From the NCBI GenBank assembly GCA_900617105.1, contig UYFQ01000001.1, forward strand, positions 4,402,001 to 4,466,000: a stretch of DNA of 64,000 nucleotides. Direction: 5' to 3'. The notes under the pieces were generated by a model. That model was not told the origin of the DNA. It saw only the letters and a list, made by a program, of their open reading frames with translations, and made no database searches. Positions 59,534 through 64,000 of the stretch are shown piece after piece (within the stretch, counting starts at the first letter, position 1; the number at the start of each line of letters is the position of its first letter). The position numbers and the translations under genes are program-made. The stretch comes from Hydrurus foetidus (taxonomy: Eukaryota).

Positions 59534-60420
59534 AGATCGTTGTTGCGGGTGCCAGTGGCAATGTAGGCTATCGCACCGCCGAACGTTTGCTTGAAGGCGG
59601 CGTATTTCCCGTCCTGATTGCCCGCAATACCCACGCGGTGAGGCCCTTGCTGGACCGCGGTGCGCAGCTGATTTCTGGAGGATCTGACAACTTTGAAGCA
59701 CTTGACGCTGCTACGGCAAACGCAGATGCGCTTTTGTGGATGACGCCACCGGCTTTAGGCGAGCCTAGCCTTCAAGGGTGGTACCAGCGGACTGCGCGAT
59801 TGGCCGCTCAAGCCATCGAAAAAAATGGGGTCAAACGAGTTGTACATATTTCAGCGGTGGGCGCGCTTCAAAATATGAGGCTGGGGACCGTTTCATATGT
59901 AGCCGAAGTCGAATTGGCTCTGGCTGCCGCCTGCAGAAACCTTGTCAATCTGCGGCCCGGCTACTTCATGCAAAACCTGGTTTCGCAACTAAACGCAATT
60001 GGCAAACTTCCGGAAAATCAATCTGCTGAGTTACAAATGACTTTTGCGCCAGACCATGACGTGCCATGGATCAGCGCCTTTGACATCGGTGACGTCGCTG
60101 CTGGCTACCTGATGCACTCGACCTGGGCGGGGCAGTGGTCACGCAATCTGATGGGTCCGCAAAACCTCACCATGGTTGAGGTCGCAGCGATCGTTTCAAA
60201 AGCAGCAAGTCGCACCGTCCGCTATCGGCAAATCCCGCTCGAAGTGATGGCTGGAATTTTTGCAGCCCAAGGCACCAACGAGACCGTGCAATCCGAGATG
60301 AGAGAACTCTTGGACGCACTGGGTGACAAAGATGGCGTTTATGCCACCGCGAGAACCTCTGAAGCAGCAACGCCGACCACCATGCAGCAGTTTGTTGAAG
60401 ATTGCTTTGATGAACGCTAG
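59530..60420 (+). CDS. NmrA-like NAD(P)-binding protein
   Basis: VAGASGNVG, LRPGYFMQN, DIGDVAA. Confidence 0.88.
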   Translation: MKIVVAGASGNVGYRTAERLLEGGVFPVLIARNTHAVRPLLDRGAQLISGGSDNFEALDAATANADALLWMTPPALGEPSLQGWYQRTARLAAQAIEKNGVKRVVHISAVGALQNMRLGTVSYVAEVELALAAACRNLVNLRPGYFMQNLVSQLNAIGKLPENQSAELQMTFAPDHDVPWISAFDIGDVAAGYLMHSTWAGQWSRNLMGPQNLTMVEVAAIVSKAASRTVRYRQIPLEVMAGIFAAQGTNETVQSEMRELLDALGDKDGVYATARTSEAATPTTMQQFVEDCFDER

Positions 60421-60463
60421 GTATTTAGCGATGTAACCCGAGCTACCTCAGGCTCACGTTTCA

Positions 60464-60530
60464 CAATTTCTCAATTTCTCAATTTCTCAATTTCACAATT
60501 TCACAATTTCACAATTTCTGTATTTCTCAA
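60464..60530. repeat. octamer tandem repeat (CAATTTCW)7 plus one degenerate unit
   Basis: Read directly from the sequence, between convergent genes. Confidence 0.9.
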
Positions 60531-60532
60531 AC

Positions 60533-61183
60533 TTACCCTGCCTCAACCCGCGCGGAATACGTATCGATGGTCCGCTTCCAGGCAGGTCGGGCCAGGCACC
60601 GATCCCGATACGACACCAATCCCGGATACGGCGCGATCAAGGTTTCATCCTTGATGCCCAAAGAAAGCACATGCGCCATCAGGATGTCAGCGACAGTGAA
60701 CTCGTTCGTAGCGATGAAGTCGCGACCTGCCAGCCAGCGCTCTAGGTTCGTCAATACCCGATTCACCCAGCCGACCAAAAATTCGCGGTGCTTGCCGCAG
60801 GTCCCGTCTGCTGTCCAGTCCAACACCATCAGGCTCTGCAGCGGCGCCTCACCAGTCGTCAGCGCGGCGAAGCACCAGCGTATGACCTGTGCTTCGCCAG
60901 CAGAATCGCCAGGCATCAAGCGGCCGGACTTCCTGGCAAGGTAAATGAGGATGGCAGCAGATTCGGACAAGACCAAACCGTCATCATCCATCGACGGGAT
61001 CTGCTCAAAAGGGCTGAGTTGCCGATAGGCGTCAGTGTTCAGGTCGCCAGCGGGGTGGCTCATGCCAACCACCTCAAACGGCAGTTGCATCTCTTCAAGC
61101 GCCCACAGCACCCGCAAGTCGCGCGTATGGCCACGCGCGCCAGCGTTGACTTTTGAAAACCCATAGATTTTTAGCGTGGCGAT
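60533..61183 (-). CDS. glutathione S-transferase family protein lacking a canonical start (possible pseudogene)
   Basis: RDLRVLWALEE, PFEQIP, LSESAAI, FTVADI. The frame is open back to ATC at 61183. Confidence 0.8.
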   Translation of the reverse strand: MATLKIYGFSKVNAGARGHTRDLRVLWALEEMQLPFEVVGMSHPAGDLNTDAYRQLSPFEQIPSMDDDGLVLSESAAILIYLARKSGRLMPGDSAGEAQVIRWCFAALTTGEAPLQSLMVLDWTADGTCGKHREFLVGWVNRVLTNLERWLAGRDFIATNEFTVADILMAHVLSLGIKDETLIAPYPGLVSYRDRCLARPAWKRTIDTYSARVEAG

Positions 61184-61268
61184 TTGTCCTTGGTTGAACT
61201 AAAAAAGGGAACTGCATTCGGTGATGGGTTTACCGCAGTTTGACCGTTGTTACCTAGTTGCACGCTAC

Positions 61269-61742
61269 CTAGCCTTGCCTTGCGCTCGCGATAGCAGCAA
61301 CATTGATTTTCTTCATTCCCATCATGGCGTCAAAAGCACGCCGCGCCTCTTCACCGCCAGCGGCAAGCGCATCGGTCAACACGCGCGGCGTGATTTGCCA
61401 AGACACGCCCCAGCGGTCTTTGCACCAGCCGCATTGACTGGTCTGTCCACCATTGCCAACTATTGCGTTCCAGTAGCGGTCGGTCTCAGCCTGATCTTCT
61501 GTTGCTATCTGAAACGAAAAGGCTTCACTCTGTTTGAAGACCGAACCGCCATTCAGGCCGATGCAGACCACGCCAGCGACTGTGAACTCTACTGTCATCA
61601 CATCGCCCTTTTTTCCGCTTGGGCTGTCGCTTGGCACGCGGTGAACCGCCCCAACTGCGCTGTCTGGGAACGTCTTGGCGTAAAAGTTCGCGGCAGCCTC
61701 GGCATCTTTGTCGTACCAGATGCAGATCGTGTTTTTGGGCAT
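61269..61742 (-). CDS. VOC/PhnB (3-demethylubiquinone methyltransferase-like) protein
   Basis: CIWY..AEAAANFY, CGWCKDRWGVSWQI. Confidence 0.9.
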   Translation of the reverse strand: MPKNTICIWYDKDAEAAANFYAKTFPDSAVGAVHRVPSDSPSGKKGDVMTVEFTVAGVVCIGLNGGSVFKQSEAFSFQIATEDQAETDRYWNAIVGNGGQTSQCGWCKDRWGVSWQITPRVLTDALAAGGEEARRAFDAMMGMKKINVAAIASARQG

Positions 61743-61770
61743 GGTTTACCGCTCGTTGGTTGGGTTGAAA

Positions 61771-62370
61771 TTATTCATTTGCGTCCGTGACAAAGCCGCC
61801 GAGTGCCGCCTTGTGCGGCAAGTCCCAGCCGAAGTAAACCTCAATCTCAACGATTTGGCCGCGGCGCACGGTGACGATCTCGGTATTGCGAAAACGACGC
61901 GCCCCTAGGCCACGCGCCTCGTACGTGACGAACACTTGGTCACCGTAGGGCACCAAGTGGATGAAGTCAAAACCTTCGGTCGTCTTGCTGTTTGGCCAAC
62001 AGCGGGCGAAGTAGGCAGTACGGTCAAGCCGGTTGTCCAACGGGCTGGTGAAGTGGAAGTCATCCGCAATCAGCGCTTCAATCGCCGCGCGGTCTTTTGA
62101 GACATAAGCCTCGTATGCTGAGCGCGCAACGGCTGCTGGATCGTGCGTCGCAGTATGGTCGAGAGCGAGAAAATGCGCGACCAACGCATTTGCATGCCCA
62201 TGCCCCAACTTGTGTTTGCTCTTGAGCAGGTTGACCAGTTCCATGTGTGTAAGTCGGCCAGCTTGCTTCAAAACCGCCATCCAATGAGACACCGGCTCAC
62301 CGTAGGTTTTCTCAATTGATGGAAAGTAGGAGGCTGGGCCTTTGATTTTTGGGGCAACGTTTGTGGTCAT
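61771..62370 (-). CDS. DUF4287 - SnoaL-like fusion protein
   Basis: KGPASYFPSIEKTYG..LGHGHANALV followed by DDFHFTSPLD..FRNTE..EVYFGW. Confidence 0.75.
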   Translation of the reverse strand: MTTNVAPKIKGPASYFPSIEKTYGEPVSHWMAVLKQAGRLTHMELVNLLKSKHKLGHGHANALVAHFLALDHTATHDPAAVARSAYEAYVSKDRAAIEALIADDFHFTSPLDNRLDRTAYFARCWPNSKTTEGFDFIHLVPYGDQVFVTYEARGLGARRFRNTEIVTVRRGQIVEIEVYFGWDLPHKAALGGFVTDANE

Positions 62371-62392
62371 GAAAATTTCTGCAGGGGGTGCG

Positions 62393-63118
62393 TTACTTGT
62401 AGGCCAATTGCGGTTGAAAATCCCCGCGTCCTGCTGGCGTCAGATCCAGCATGTTCCACAGCGAATCAAGCGCGTCGTTGTGGCGATATTCCTGACCGGG
62501 CTCAGGCGGCATGTACAGAATTTCAGAGCCCCAGAAATGGCTGATTACCTTGCCGCGCCGGTGAAACACATTTAGCATCGGCATGTCCCATTCTTCGCCA
62601 GCTTTGAATTCTTGCTGCTTGCGCACTGCTTCGGGCAAGCTAGAAGAGTCGCCGAAATAGTCGTGGTCATAGCTGTTGCCGTGCGTGGACAGCAGTGGCA
62701 TCGTGCGCCAGCCACGCGCCTGCGCCAGCGCCATCAGTCGCGGCAGCGGTGACTTGGCAACCACGGCCAGGTTGATGCACTGGGTGATGTGCTGCACCAT
62801 GCCTTCAAGGCCATCCAAAAAGTGCGTGCAGCCCGTACAGGGCAGTTTGCGCTCAAGCCCGTACATGAAACTGTAAATGGCGAGTGTGTCTTTCGCGGGC
62901 TTGAATAAATCCGACAACTTTAACGGCCCATCGTCGCTATCGAACACATAGTCCTGCGCAACAATGCCTCCCGCAGGCAGCGCCCTGCGAAGCGCGGCAA
63001 CACTCTCAGTCTGCCGCCTGAGCACCATTTCCTCGGTGAGGAGTTTGTTGCGCGCAGCGCGGTACTCGGCGCTCTCGCCGGGCATAGCCAGGTGGTGAAG
63101 AATTTGGTTGCTCATCAT
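62393..63118 (-). CDS. DUF899 (thioredoxin-like) protein
   Basis: EYRAARNKLL..RRALP, CTGC, WNMLDLTPAGR. Confidence 0.85.
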   Translation of the reverse strand: MMSNQILHHLAMPGESAEYRAARNKLLTEEMVLRRQTESVAALRRALPAGGIVAQDYVFDSDDGPLKLSDLFKPAKDTLAIYSFMYGLERKLPCTGCTHFLDGLEGMVQHITQCINLAVVAKSPLPRLMALAQARGWRTMPLLSTHGNSYDHDYFGDSSSLPEAVRKQQEFKAGEEWDMPMLNVFHRRGKVISHFWGSEILYMPPEPGQEYRHNDALDSLWNMLDLTPAGRGDFQPQLAYK

Positions 63119-63245
63119 TTCTCTCCGGTTGGTTGGTCTAATTTGTTGGCGTCACTTGCCATCCAGTAAAGGCACGACGGTTGTCGGTAATTGCGGTGAC
63201 GTAAAAATGTCGAATGTGTTTTCTCGTTCTGGCACCAACTACACC

Positions 63246-63265
63246 ATGGAAAGGTTAGGCGTCGC
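63246..63265 (-). mobile_element. truncated attC (R'' side only) of the VOC cassette
   Basis: Minus strand GCGACGCCTAAC-CTTTCCAT, a 12-bp complement of the cassette 5' end GTTAGGCGTCGC. Confidence 0.6.
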
Positions 63266-63291
63266 TGGTTCCAAGAGCGACATTTGCACCC

Positions 63292-63714
63292 CTAGCCTAG
63301 CGAGGCGATGGCGGGATTGAACACGACCTCCCAGACATGGCCGTCTGGGTCTTGGAAATAACCAGCATACCCACCGTAGAACGTAGCTTGAGCTGCCTTG
63401 ACGATGGCTGCTCCAGCGGCAGCGGCTTGAGCCATGACTGCATCGACTTCTGCTCGCGAACCCACGTTGTGACCAATAGTGAACTCTGTGGGCGATGGTG
63501 CGTGTTTTGCAAGCCGCGTGTCTGCGGCGATGCTGCTGCGCGGCCAAAGGGCCAGTTTCAGGCCAGTTTGTAGATAGAAGAAGGCAACGGCTCCGTTCTC
63601 GAATTCGGTTCCGATGATCCCCTGTGTGCTCAATCCCAGGCCATCTCGATAAAACGCGACGGAGCGTTCGAGATCATCTACTCCGAGCGTGAAGACTGTG
63701 ATGTGTGGGTTCAT
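63292..63714 (-). CDS. VOC/glyoxalase family protein (gene cassette)
   Basis: TLGVDDLERSVAFYRDGLG, GYFQDPDGHVWEV. Confidence 0.92.
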   Translation of the reverse strand: MNPHITVFTLGVDDLERSVAFYRDGLGLSTQGIIGTEFENGAVAFFYLQTGLKLALWPRSSIAADTRLAKHAPSPTEFTIGHNVGSRAEVDAVMAQAAAAGAAIVKAAQATFYGGYAGYFQDPDGHVWEVVFNPAIASLG

Positions 63715-63742
63715 GCTATTCGCCGAAGATAAGAGTTGCGAC

Positions 63743-63805
63743 GCCTAACGTAAAGTTGAGGGGCGCGCCGCTTTTGACACGTCCCGCTCGAACGCCATGC
63801 TAGAC
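63743..63805 (-). mobile_element. integron attC site (63 bp)
   Basis: Minus strand GTCTAGC-ATGGCGTTCGAGCGGGACGTGTCAAAAGCGGCGCGCCCCTCAACTTTAC-GTTAGGC. Confidence 0.85.
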
Positions 63806-64000
63806 CGCGCGGGTAAGATTAACTAATTGCTCGGCCGGCTGATTTTCCCAGTCACTGAAAGGGAAATTTTTAACGAGTGGTCCGAGCACCGGTCTTGCCG
63901 TCATGGCAGCGGCTTCAGATTCCCACAGTGACATCATGATGACTCTTCCAGTGGCCTCATCAAGCCAAGCGCCAGTGTCCACAAGGCCATCAAGCTTTCG
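63800..64000 (-). CDS. 3' part of an ABM/dimeric alpha-beta barrel-like cassette gene (start outside the window)
   Basis: GRVIMMSLWESEAAA. The stop codon lies inside the attC R'' box. Confidence 0.6.
   Translation of the reverse strand, partial: RKLDGLVDTGAWLDEATGRVIMMSLWESEAAAMTARPVLGPLVKNFPFSDWENQPAEQLVNLTRAV

Overview
Chromosomal window from a betaproteobacterium. Gene content and protein sequences suggest Comamonadaceae, probably Polaromonas-like (inference). The backbone is housekeeping: glnA-ntrB-ntrC, xth, thyA-folA, aroC-aroQ-arfB, tctED/tctCBA, hemH, hpnCDE, an RND pump, tig-clpP-clpX-lon and four tRNAs. Accessory material is scattered through it: a collapsed Rhs/Hint polymorphic-toxin locus (1.9-4.6 kb), four toxin-antitoxin modules (two intact, two decayed), a D-amino-acid catabolic cluster, and a metY-like/hydrolase/P450/DUF962 operon. 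The right end (57.8-64 kb) is an accessory region with an IS3 element inserted exactly on a start codon and integron-type gene cassettes (one full and one truncated attC). The most striking unexplained structures are: (i) a dispersed ~50-75 bp repeat with 11 copies, four of them translated in-frame inside proteins; (ii) a 103-bp-period repeat behind tRNA-Leu(TAA) that carries both the tRNA 3' end and a 13-nt antisense copy of the tRNA; (iii) the attC cassettes. All calls come from reading the sequence and motifs by eye. No database searches were run.
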